Of a stretch of 64,000 nucleotides of DNA, positions 30,007 to 37,988 are shown one piece after another (position 1 is the first letter of the stretch; each line of letters opens with the position of its first letter). Where the stretch lies: NCBI GenBank assembly GCA_945861435.1, contig CAMAUX010000010.1, forward strand, positions 36,484-100,483, in the 5' to 3' direction. This DNA is from Chthoniobacter flavus (GTDB lineage: Bacteria > Verrucomicrobiota > Verrucomicrobiia > Chthoniobacterales > Chthoniobacteraceae). Below the pieces are notes generated by a model that was given only the letters and a program-made list of their open reading frames with translations, was not told the origin of the DNA and made no database searches. Both the position numbers and the translations under genes were made by a program.

Positions 30007-30231
30007 ACGGAGCGCAAGCTAACCCGGGGTGGCGATTGCTACGATGGCATTCTTGGTCATTAGACATATCCGGCCGGTGGCTATGTTCCGTAGGCTCGGT
30101 GTCCATTCTACTCCGGGGTGGCGCCATTGCACAGACGGTGACCGTGGCATGCGGGTGATTTCGCACGGCTACTGCGTTGTGACGCTTTCTCGGCTGTGCG
30201 TGTGGACTTCTGGTCAGTGCCTTCCTTTTCC

Positions 30232-30245
30232 CAATGCCGGCATTG
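30232..30245. promoter_or_regulatory. perfect 14-bp palindrome CAATGCCGGCATTG upstream of the ATP-grasp gene
   Basis: Seen directly in the sequence, 35 nt upstream of the ATG at 30280. Related ATTGC-containing direct repeats lie at 30024-30039 and 30113-30130. It is a candidate operator. Confidence 0.35.
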
Positions 30246-30279
30246 CCTGCGCGTCTCGTTTGCAGAGAGTAGGGCCCGT

Positions 30280-31176
30280 ATGGAAACCCCCGATATCATC
30301 GTCCTCACTGACGAACGCTATGAAGTGGCGGATGAAACGAGCTGGTACGTGTCCCAACTCATCCACGAGGAACGGTTGTTGATGGAGGGGCTGGAGGCGC
30401 GCGGTTTGCGAACGGCCCGCGTGGCGTGGTCCAATCCCGGCTTCGACTGGCAGACAGCCCGCGCAGCGGTGTTCCGCTCGACATGGGATTACTTCGACCG
30501 GTTTGCGGAGTTCTCCGCGTGGATGGACCGCGTGGCAACGGTGACGCGTCTTTTTAATGCGCCGGATCTGGTGCGGTGGAATCTGGATAAGCATTACCTC
30601 CGCGATCTCGCGGGACGCGGTGTGCAGGTGCCCGTGACCCGGTTCTTGGAACGCGGGGACACAACGTCCCTGCGCGAGGCATTTGCGGCGTGCGGTTGGA
30701 AAGAGGCGATCCTGAAGCCGGCTGTGTCCGGTGCAGCGCGGCACACGTACAGGCTCCACAGCGGCAACATCGATGCGCATGAGGCGACGCTGCGCGCATT
30801 GCTGCGCGAGGAAGCGATGATGTTGCAACCGTTCCTCGGCAGTGTGCTCGCGCAGGGCGAGATCTCGCTCATCGTCATCGGCGGACGCTGCACCCATGCG
30901 GTCCGCAAGATTGCCAAGCCGGGTGATTTCCGGGTGCAGGACGACCACGGCGGCACGGTGCATCCGCACACACCGACCGCCGAGGAGATAGCCTTCGCGG
31001 AGCAGGCAGCGGCAGCGTGTCCGCAGGCGCCGCTCTACGCGCGCGTGGATGCGGTGCGTGATGATGCGGGCGCGCTTTCGCTCATGGAACTCGAGGTGGT
31101 GGAGCCGGAGTTGTTCTTCCGATTCCACCCGCCAGCGGCCGATGCCCTGGCTGCAGCGATCGTTGCGAGATTGTGA
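30280..31176 (+). CDS. stand-alone ATP-grasp domain protein (RimK/glutathione-synthetase-like), substrate unknown
   Basis: From the ATG at 30280: METPDIIVLTDERYE...FRSTWDYFDR...NLDKHYLRDL...ILKPAVSGAARHTYRL...GDFRVQDDHGG. This pattern matches a widespread orphan ATP-grasp family. Confidence 0.75.
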   Translation: METPDIIVLTDERYEVADETSWYVSQLIHEERLLMEGLEARGLRTARVAWSNPGFDWQTARAAVFRSTWDYFDRFAEFSAWMDRVATVTRLFNAPDLVRWNLDKHYLRDLAGRGVQVPVTRFLERGDTTSLREAFAACGWKEAILKPAVSGAARHTYRLHSGNIDAHEATLRALLREEAMMLQPFLGSVLAQGEISLIVIGGRCTHAVRKIAKPGDFRVQDDHGGTVHPHTPTAEEIAFAEQAAAACPQAPLYARVDAVRDDAGALSLMELEVVEPELFFRFHPPAADALAAAIVARL

Positions 31177-31265
31177 TCAGCGGCCGTCAGGCATTCGAAA
31201 TCCACTCGCGTGGGAGCATCGCAAGGGGCCGAAGGCGACAGGTGAGATCTCCCTCATCATGGTCG

Positions 31266-31393
31266 TTCTCGCGCCCGCTGCCGGGGCGCGGTGCGTGGCG
31301 GGACGAAATCCGGTGGTTCCCTTCGTCCGCGTTGCGGACTGCGTCCACCGACCGGCTATTAGCTCTCGTGCCTCCGGCACGGCGACGTGGAGG
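31266..31393 (+). repeat. structured repeat element, copy A (candidate ncRNA)
   Basis: It aligns without gaps to 33568-33695 (offset 2302), with 96 of 127 positions identical by my hand count. Hairpins: GCGCCC/GGGCGC (31271-31289), GTCCGC-GTT-GCGGAC (31325-31339) and GTGCC-TCC-GGCAC (31368-31380). An enclosing stem pairs CGGTGG (31311-16) with CCACCG (31345-50). Confidence 0.6.
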
Positions 31394-31452
31394 TTCGGTG
31401 GCAGGGCGGCATGACGCTGTGGCTGTCTCGCGAGCACCTGTCTCTTGATCGC

Positions 31453-31617
31453 GCCGAAAGGTGCGCGGCCGAAAGGGGCGCGGTCGAAAGGGGCGCGGTC
31501 GAAAGGGGCGCGGTCGAAAGGGGCGTGGCCGAAAGGGACGTGGCCGAAAGGGACGTGGCCGAAAGGGGCGTGGCCGAAAGGGGCGCGGCCGAAAGGGGCG
31601 TGGCCGAAAGGGCGGGC
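31453..31617. repeat. 15-nt tandem repeat, 11 units (consensus GYCGAAAGGGGCGYG)
   Basis: Units start at 31453, 31468, 31483 and so on up to 31603. Variation is limited to four positions and the last unit is degenerate. The unit length of 15 (5 codons) keeps at least the three + frames and one - frame open, so the ORFs listed here are not evidence of coding. Confidence 0.9.
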
Positions 31618-31762
31618 GTTATCCCCCTCTTTCGCAGCTTTGTGCCTTTGTGTCTTGGTGTGACAAAGTGCTCCTCAATCACACGAAAGCACCAGGGCAC
31701 CAGGAGGATGTCTGCGAGGGACGAGTCTTGTTCCCGCGCCTTACTCCCGCGTCTGGGGCTGC

Positions 31763-32344
31763 CTAGATGGGGTCAGGCTTCCGGCGCGGTTTGCTTGGGA
31801 ACTGATTCGGGAAGAACTCCGAGATCCCATGCCATTCGCGCTTCTCGCCAAAACGGACCCACTGTTCGGCGACCAATCCCACATGAATGATGCACTCCAA
31901 GAGTTCGGCCTCGGACAAGGGCCCTGTTTCCCCAGAGTCCTGTTTGAGGAAAATGCCGCACCCGGCGCACTCTGGAAGATTGGCGAGGGTCGCCGCGCCC
32001 AGTTTCGAAAGTACGAACGCACTGAGGCGGGGATCGATCAGAGCGGCGCGCTTTTGAAACTGTTGACGGACTTCCTCGTAGTCGTACTGACCGCCCGCGA
32101 CGGGCAGCGGAGTGCCCTTGGCATGCAGGGGGTTGGTCTCCCCTGAATCAATGCGGGTATGGGTGAAGGATTCTGAGTGGGTCCACGTGAGGGAGCGCTC
32201 GTCCCTTTCCTTGTCGTAACAAAGTTGAAAGCCGTAGATGCCGCCATCTGGCAGATACCAGATGATCAGATCCATGTACGCATCCATGAGCCACATCCGC
32301 GGACGGTCTCCGGTCACTTCTCGAATTGGGGAGGGCTTGAGCAT
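31763..32344 (-). CDS. hypothetical protein with a C-terminal GYF-like (DUF4339-type) domain
   Basis: 193 aa. The C-terminus CGIFLKQDSGETGPLSEAELLECIIHVGLVAEQWVRFGEKREWHGISEFF fits the bacterial GYF_2 pattern. The N-terminal ~120 aa (MWLMDAYMDLIIWYLPDGGIYGFQLCYDKE...) were not recognised. Confidence 0.55.
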   Translation of the reverse strand: MLKPSPIREVTGDRPRMWLMDAYMDLIIWYLPDGGIYGFQLCYDKERDERSLTWTHSESFTHTRIDSGETNPLHAKGTPLPVAGGQYDYEEVRQQFQKRAALIDPRLSAFVLSKLGAATLANLPECAGCGIFLKQDSGETGPLSEAELLECIIHVGLVAEQWVRFGEKREWHGISEFFPNQFPSKPRRKPDPI

Positions 32345-32505
32345 AGGCAGTCACCGCACGCTGAATAAACCTTTGGAACAGCGGGGCTGCAAGGGACTGC
32401 GAATGACTATTGCGCCCGGCGCACTCGAAGCGGCCGGATCGTGGGCGGACGCCGGCGTTTGACGTGGGCTACACGATTTTCGATGCATCTACCGCGGCCC
32501 GAGGG

Positions 32506-33264
32506 CTACTCGCCCAGCGCGCCGCGCAATTCAGCGAGTTCACGGCGCAACTGCTGCACCTCGGTCTCCAGTGCTTGGAGACGCTGTTCCACCTCTGCAG
32601 GAATGGTCACCGCGACCGTCATCGGCGCGACTACCACATCCGCCTCGGCTGCGACTGGCTCTCCTGAGAGCAGCTGTGCCCAGCGCGCCTCTTTCTGCCC
32701 CGCAAGTCTCGGCAACTTACGAACCAGAGGACCATTTTTCCACTCGCTCAATGCAGACACCAGCGCGTCCACCTCGGCTAATGAGGGCATCCCGAAAAGA
32801 CGTTCTGAATTCGAACGCACCGCAGCTGAAGTCTGGGGGCCGCGCACAAGCAGTTCGCAGAGGATGGCTCGTTCCACGTCGCTCAAATCAAACACCTCTT
32901 CGAGCCTGTGCTTGAACTTCTGGACCCTTGAATCAGCCCCCGAAAACATGGTCGCCAGACGCCCCGCCCTCAACTCATCCAGCGCGATCTCCACCTCACT
33001 TGCGGAGGCGGACACCACGGGGTCGCGGTTGCTGCGTTGATTGCATGCATTCGTCAGCGCATTGAGGGAAAGAGGATACAGATCCGGCGTCGCGAACTCT
33101 TTCTCGATCAGACATCCCAGGACACGCGCTGCGAGCGCGGACAGGGGCTGCTTGAGTGGCATCGCTGAACTGGTTCCTGCCGGCTCTGGGGAGTTTTCAA
33201 AAGTTTCCTGCGGGGCCTGTTCCATATCGGTCTCTTTTACCTCTTCCTCCGCAGCGAGCCCCAA
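32506..33264 (-). CDS. yceH: DUF480 family protein
   Basis: LSALAARVLGCLIEKEFATPDLYPLSLNALTNACNQRSNRDPV...LLVRGPQTSAAV...LPRLAGQKEARWAQLLSGE aligns block-for-block with E. coli YceH, including the C-terminal coiled coil. The true start may be an internal ATG (MPLKQP...). Confidence 0.85.
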   Translation of the reverse strand: MGLAAEEEVKETDMEQAPQETFENSPEPAGTSSAMPLKQPLSALAARVLGCLIEKEFATPDLYPLSLNALTNACNQRSNRDPVVSASASEVEIALDELRAGRLATMFSGADSRVQKFKHRLEEVFDLSDVERAILCELLVRGPQTSAAVRSNSERLFGMPSLAEVDALVSALSEWKNGPLVRKLPRLAGQKEARWAQLLSGEPVAAEADVVVAPMTVAVTIPAEVEQRLQALETEVQQLRRELAELRGALGE

Positions 33265-33567
33265 CTTTTTTGGTGGTCCGCTCCCTCAACCTCCTTCCTG
33301 AGCCTGCGGGCGACGACCTTTCAGGGCGGTGGCGATCTGAGGGCGGTGGTGGCAAGAAGGCCCAAGTCCATGTCAACCCCTTCGCCTCCAGCGTTCGATG
33401 AGCCAGCCCAAAACTGTGGAGCGGGCCGAGAGGGTCGAAAAGGACAGGCGTGAATGGCACTTAGATAATGGGTTTCGCCGTGGTATTTGAGGGGGGCGAC
33501 GCTGGCGGGCAGACGCCTGCAAACAATGGAGCCGACGGGGCAAGCAAGGTTTCCTCTATAGTCCTGC

Positions 33568-33695
33568 TTCTCGCGCCCCAGCCCGGGGCGCGTCGCGTGG
33601 GGAAATGGGTTCCGGTGGTTCCCTCCATCCGCTTTGCGGATGGCGTTCACCGACCGGCTCAGTTCTTTCATGCCTCCGGCATGCGGACGGTGAGA
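33568..33695 (+). repeat. structured repeat element, copy B (candidate ncRNA)
   Basis: Partner of 31266-31393. Hairpins: GCGCCC/GGGCGC (33573-33591), ATCCGC-TTT-GCGGAT (33627-33641) and ATGCC-TCC-GGCAT (33670-33682). The enclosing stem pairs CGGTGG (33613-18) with TCACCG (33647-52). Confidence 0.6.
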
Positions 33696-33975
33696 TCGAC
33701 TGTTTCGTGGCCACGTTACCCCATCGAGGCATGGCCGATGCCGTTATTATTGAGAATCGCGAAATAGGGTGACCGCGCAGCGTCCAGAGTATGGGCATTC
33801 CGGATGTCACCGTAATGTACGATGCCCAATAATCCGGCCACAAAACACCAGCGATCGCGCGGGTCGATTTGGTTGCGCTTCGGCAGTGCACATTAGCTTC
33901 ATTCCTCGCTCGCCGGGCATCGAGACACTGCGTGCAGCGCATCATTACCGCGGGTATTCAATGGCCGGATTAATC

Positions 33976-34081
33976 CTAAAAACGTAAATGGACGGCCCAC
34001 GGAATCCGCGGACCGCACGGAAGGAATGAGGGGGCTGAGAGTCTGTTGCTTGGTCCGTGCATTCAGTGCGTTCCGTGGGCC
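33976..34081 (-). terminator. long imperfect hairpin followed by a T-rich tract on the minus strand (possible terminator or sRNA 3' end)
   Basis: An 11-bp perfect stem pairs GGCCCACGGAA (33994-34004) with TTCCGTGGGCC (34071-34081). An inner 7-bp stem pairs GCACGGA (34015-21) with TCCGTGC (34054-60). On the minus strand the hairpin is followed by GTCCATTTACGTTTTTAGG. Confidence 0.3.
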
Positions 34082-34329
34082 ATTGGGAACTCTCAGGGTT
34101 CGGGCGACTGCTGAGTCCTATCAGTGCCTGGGTATTTGAGGGTAACAGCCCTGTCGTTACCGAATTTGAAGATCGCTGAAAGAGACTCCCCCAACGGGTG
34201 AGTTTGAAACGGGATGATTTTAAGCTGCAAATTCCGTTTCCACAGAAACTCAAATCAGATCCGACAAGTTTTCATCGCCGCATTGAGGTTAATAACACGT
34301 GCCATTCAGGACAGGCGAATTGGCCTCGA

Positions 34330-35493
34330 TTATCGTCCCTTCCCGGCACCCGTCCGCTTGAGCCACGCAAGGGCGGCGGCCTCGCCTTCGTTGCGCATCC
34401 GCCGGCTGTATTCCGAAAGGACCTCCTCGTTGCGACTTTGGATGACTGGTTCCAATCCACCGACCGCCTCGCGCACGTCCTGCTTGATCGCGTCGATTTC
34501 CGCACGCAATTGCGCCGGGCTGCTCGAGAGCCACTCCGGACGGGCATCGGCTGGCAACTCAGCCAGCACACGCGCCTCCATGGAAATCCCGACGAGCTGA
34601 CCGATGAGGTAGCGTGAGGCTTCCGGGGTCGCAAAGATGCGGCCGAGACCGTAGGTGAGCCGGAGGGCCTCATCGGCTGCCGCAGCGTCGCCGGAGTCCG
34701 CCGCTTTTTTGCGCCACTCCATCAGCATCCGTGCGGTCTGGTTGACCTCTCCTGCGGGAACAAACGTCAGACCAGTCATCGCGAAGAGACTGGCCTCGGT
34801 GGGATGTAAGCCCATGGTCTCATAAAGCTGCTGCGCTGCATCCATCCGTTCGGTGGAATAAGTATAGAATCCAGAGTGTTCCAAAGCCTCGCGAACCTCC
34901 GCGACCGCGTCCGCGCTCGGTCCCGCCTTGAATCGTTCCTGCGCAGAGTAAATCCATGGCAGCGGATTATTCGGATCCGCAGCCTTCCATCGTTCGATGA
35001 GATCCACACGCTCCGCGTCTGCTCCGTATTGTTGGCCGACCTGCGCGGGTTTCTGAGGAGTTCCATCGATCGCCGCCATGAGGACCAACGGACTGTTTGG
35101 GAAAAGCGCGAGTGCACGGTCGAGCAATCGGCGGTCCCGCGTCCTTTGAAAGGCCACGACCAGATTCTCCGCCGTTTCGCCGTGCTTTGCGAGAAACCGG
35201 GCAACGTCTCCGGAGCTGGGTGCCGGAAGGGCGGATGCATCGCCGCCGTTCATCAGGGCGCCCAATCGTTGCCAATTCATGGAGGGCTTTTTCCCCGCGC
35301 CTTCAGCTACGGTTCCGGAATCGGAGCTTCTCGTGGAAGGCGCCTGAGGGCTCGGGGGGCCGGACTGCAGGGTTCGCGGCTCAACTGCGGCCGGAACGGG
35401 ATCGCCCGTGCCCGTCACCGACTCGATGAAGAACCACGCAGACGCGGCGATCAGGGAGAGACCGGCGAGGGCGAGAAGGGCGCGGAGGTTCAT
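34330..35493 (-). CDS. hypothetical membrane-anchored helical-repeat protein
   Basis: 387 aa with an N-terminal anchor (MNLRALLALAGLSLIAASAWFF), a low-complexity linker and a helical, TPR-like remainder. No family was recognised. Confidence 0.6.
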   Translation of the reverse strand: MNLRALLALAGLSLIAASAWFFIESVTGTGDPVPAAVEPRTLQSGPPSPQAPSTRSSDSGTVAEGAGKKPSMNWQRLGALMNGGDASALPAPSSGDVARFLAKHGETAENLVVAFQRTRDRRLLDRALALFPNSPLVLMAAIDGTPQKPAQVGQQYGADAERVDLIERWKAADPNNPLPWIYSAQERFKAGPSADAVAEVREALEHSGFYTYSTERMDAAQQLYETMGLHPTEASLFAMTGLTFVPAGEVNQTARMLMEWRKKAADSGDAAAADEALRLTYGLGRIFATPEASRYLIGQLVGISMEARVLAELPADARPEWLSSSPAQLRAEIDAIKQDVREAVGGLEPVIQSRNEEVLSEYSRRMRNEGEAAALAWLKRTGAGKGR

Positions 35494-35803
35494 GGGGGTG
35501 CTGCGTGGAAAGACGCAGGCGACGGCGTGCTTTGTCTAACCAGACGGGCAGGTGTGCAATGCGAACCTGCTGCACATTACGGGCGGATCACGGATCGCCC
35601 GCGGTCACCACGCTGACCCCCGGCCCCGTCCCGTGGAGAAAGGGAATGGGAAGGACGAGGGCTCCGCGAGCGGCGTTCTCATTCCCGGCATGCGACTTGC
35701 GCGGAAGCCCCGTCCCGGGCTACTGCCGACAAATTGTTTCAAGTTTTCGCGCTCTGCGGGGTAGTCTTTCTGCGCGGTCTTCGTCGCCGCAAACCACCCC
35801 CAG

Positions 35804-37972
35804 ATGAAAGGCGCCCCCCAGCTCCTGCGCGGTCTTCTGTTCGCGCTTGCGTGCAACGGCATCACGGCTCTTTCCGCCGCGTCGCCCGCGCCGGACTTTG
35901 TTCACGATGTCGCGCCCGTCCTGAGTCGGTTTGGATGCAACGGTTCGGCGTGCCACGGGAAGGCCGAGGGGCAGAACGGATTCAAGCTGTCGGTTTTTGG
36001 CAATGATCCCGTTGCCGACTTTGAGGCGATGGTCCTCAGTGGCAGGGGCCGACGCGTGATGGCCGCGTCGCCGGATCAGAGCCTGCTGCTGCGCAAGGCG
36101 GTCGCTTCTGTGCCGCACGCGGGCGGGCCGCGGATGCGCGAAGGTTCCCGCGAATACAGCATTTTGCGCGAATGGATCGCGAGCGGGGCGGCTTACTCCG
36201 GTGGCGGCAAGGCCGAGATCCTCTCACTGCGGATGGAGCCCGCAGACGCTCTCCTTGGCTTTGAGCAGCACGAGCCTCTGAAGGTGATCGCCACGCTCTC
36301 CGACGGAAGCGAACAGGACGTGACGTGGCTCTCCATCTTCCACTCCAACAATCCCGCCCTCGCGGAAGTGGACGAAAACGGACGCGTCAAAACCGGTGCC
36401 ATCGTGGGGCAGGCGGCCGTCATGGGGCGGTACGCCGGAGCCATCGCGGTGCATCACCTTTCCATTCCGCGTCCGGGCGCGCAGGCGGCCTTCGAGGAGG
36501 CACCGCATTCCGGCGCGATCGACCGGCTCGTGAACGCGAACCTGCGCCGGCTCAACCTGAGTCCCTCGGAGAAGGTGGACGACGCGGGTTTCCTGAGGCG
36601 CGTGTACATTGATATCGCCGGGCGGCTGCCCACCCCGGCCGAAGCGCGGGCGTTTCTCTCGGACTCCCGTGCGCAGAAGCGTTCTCTGCTGGTGGATGCG
36701 CTGTTGGAAAGCCCGGAGTGGGCGGATCTCTGGGCTTTGAAATGGTCGGATCTTCTGCGCGTGGACCGGCGCACACTCGGGTTCAACAACGCTCACGCGT
36801 ACTTCCAGTGGATCCGTTCCTCGATGCAATCCAACCTTCGCTGGGACGAGTTCGCCCGCCAACTCCTGCAGGCGGACGGCCCGTTGCAGGAAAATCCCGC
36901 GGGTAACTTTTTCAAGGTGGCGAAGAAGCCCGGCGAGATGGCGGCGACGGCATCGCAGGCGCTTCTCGGCATCCGGATCACCTGCGCGGAGTGCCACCAG
37001 CATCCCTTCGATCGCTGGACCCAAGGGGACTACCACAGCATGCGCGCCTACTTCGAGCAGGTGAAGTTCAAGAAGGCGGGGGACGAGGAGGCGCTCGTGT
37101 CCGAGGGCGATCCGAAGGTGCTGCATCCGCGGACCAAGGAGGTGCTGCGCGCGCATCCCCTCGGCACTCCGAAGCCTGAAGCCGATCCGGAGGGAGACCG
37201 GCGTCGCGCGCTTGCGGACTGGCTTGTCGCGCCGGAGAACCCATGGTTCGCACGCAACATCGCCAATCGCATCTGGGCGCATTTTTTCGGGCGCGGCCTT
37301 GTCGAGCCGGTGGATGACGTCCGCGCCACCAATCCGGCTTCCAACCCGGAGCTGCTCGAGCATCTCGCCGGCTCGCTGGTGCGGGGCGGATTCCATCCGA
37401 AGTTGCTCATGCGCGAGATCGCCAACTCAGATACCTACCAGCGTTCCTCGGTGCCGAATTCGACCAACGCATCCGACGAACAGAATTTCTCCCGCAGCTC
37501 TTTCCGAAGGCTCACTTCCGAGGTGCTTCTGGACGCCATTTGCGATGTGACGGGCGTCCCCGAAAAATTCGCCGGCGTTCCCAAGGGTCAGCGTGCGGTG
37601 CAACTGTGGGACAGCGAGCAGCAGAGCTATTTCCTCAAACTCTTCGGCCGCCCGATGCGCACGACCGCGTGCGAATGCGAGCGGTCCGCTTCGGCCAGTG
37701 TTTCCCAAGCGCTGCACTTCATGAACTCTCCCGCGCTCCAGTCCAAGATCTCGAATGCGGGCGGTCACATCGCGCGCATGGTGGCTTCCGGGGCGGACGA
37801 TGCGCGGGTCGTCGAAGAACTCTACCTTGGATGTTTTGCCCGCATGCCCTCCACCACGGAACTCGCGGATGCGTGCGGATACCTCGGCGCACGCAAGGCC
37901 CGCCGGCAGGAGGCCGCGGAGGACCTGTGCTGGTCGCTACTCAACACGCTGGAGTTTGTCTTCAATCATTAA
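35804..37972 (+). CDS. DUF1549/DUF1553 protein with an Ig-like (BIG2) insert
   Basis: 722 aa with a signal peptide. Blocks seen: VAPVLSRFGCNGSACHGKAEGQNGFKLSVFG; a BIG2-like block (VIATLSDGSEQDVTWLSIFHSNNPALAEVDENGRV); the DUF1549 block (GFLRRVYIDIAGRLPTPAEARAFL); CAECHQHPFDRW; and a DUF1553 tail. Confidence 0.9.
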   Translation: MKGAPQLLRGLLFALACNGITALSAASPAPDFVHDVAPVLSRFGCNGSACHGKAEGQNGFKLSVFGNDPVADFEAMVLSGRGRRVMAASPDQSLLLRKAVASVPHAGGPRMREGSREYSILREWIASGAAYSGGGKAEILSLRMEPADALLGFEQHEPLKVIATLSDGSEQDVTWLSIFHSNNPALAEVDENGRVKTGAIVGQAAVMGRYAGAIAVHHLSIPRPGAQAAFEEAPHSGAIDRLVNANLRRLNLSPSEKVDDAGFLRRVYIDIAGRLPTPAEARAFLSDSRAQKRSLLVDALLESPEWADLWALKWSDLLRVDRRTLGFNNAHAYFQWIRSSMQSNLRWDEFARQLLQADGPLQENPAGNFFKVAKKPGEMAATASQALLGIRITCAECHQHPFDRWTQGDYHSMRAYFEQVKFKKAGDEEALVSEGDPKVLHPRTKEVLRAHPLGTPKPEADPEGDRRRALADWLVAPENPWFARNIANRIWAHFFGRGLVEPVDDVRATNPASNPELLEHLAGSLVRGGFHPKLLMREIANSDTYQRSSVPNSTNASDEQNFSRSSFRRLTSEVLLDAICDVTGVPEKFAGVPKGQRAVQLWDSEQQSYFLKLFGRPMRTTACECERSASASVSQALHFMNSPALQSKISNAGGHIARMVASGADDARVVEELYLGCFARMPSTTELADACGYLGARKARRQEAAEDLCWSLLNTLEFVFNH

Positions 37973-37988
37973 CCCCCCCGTCATTCCC

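Noticed and set aside
31453-31617. Could the 15-nt repeat array be a CRISPR array?
   Set aside because: The units are directly abutting with no spacers, they are only 15 nt long, and no cas genes are in the window. It is a minisatellite, not a CRISPR.
30280-31890. ATP-grasp gene followed by a repeat-encoding ORF (AERGV/KGARS pentapeptides) as a graspetide/RiPP ligase plus multi-core precursor
   Set aside because: No single frame of the array provides the Thr/Ser/Lys plus Asp/Glu pairs needed for ester or amide cross-links. The listed ORFs exist only because 15 is a multiple of 3, and they run antisense into the GYF gene. The ATP-grasp protein resembles a widespread stand-alone family rather than microviridin-type ligases. 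I kept it only as a remote possibility.
33700-33945. Minus-strand ORF (33556-33945) segment LWPDYWASYITVTSGMPILWTLRGHPISRFSIIT as a decayed IS3-type integrase core (W.tDiTy...G..YL..v.D..SR)
   Set aside because: The similarity requires an insertion and loses the catalytic Asp. No other transposase features, inverted repeats or target duplications were seen. It is too weak to call.
33990-34100. Resemblance to known RNAs: GGGGGCTGAGAG (tmRNA 5' end or TPP-riboswitch CUGAGA box) and CGGAAGGAA (SRP RNA apex)
   Set aside because: Only short words match. There is no tRNA-like acceptor/T-arm or CCA context for tmRNA. The ACCTGA...CCAGCG half of a THI element is missing. The helix around GGAA does not fold like SRP domain IV.
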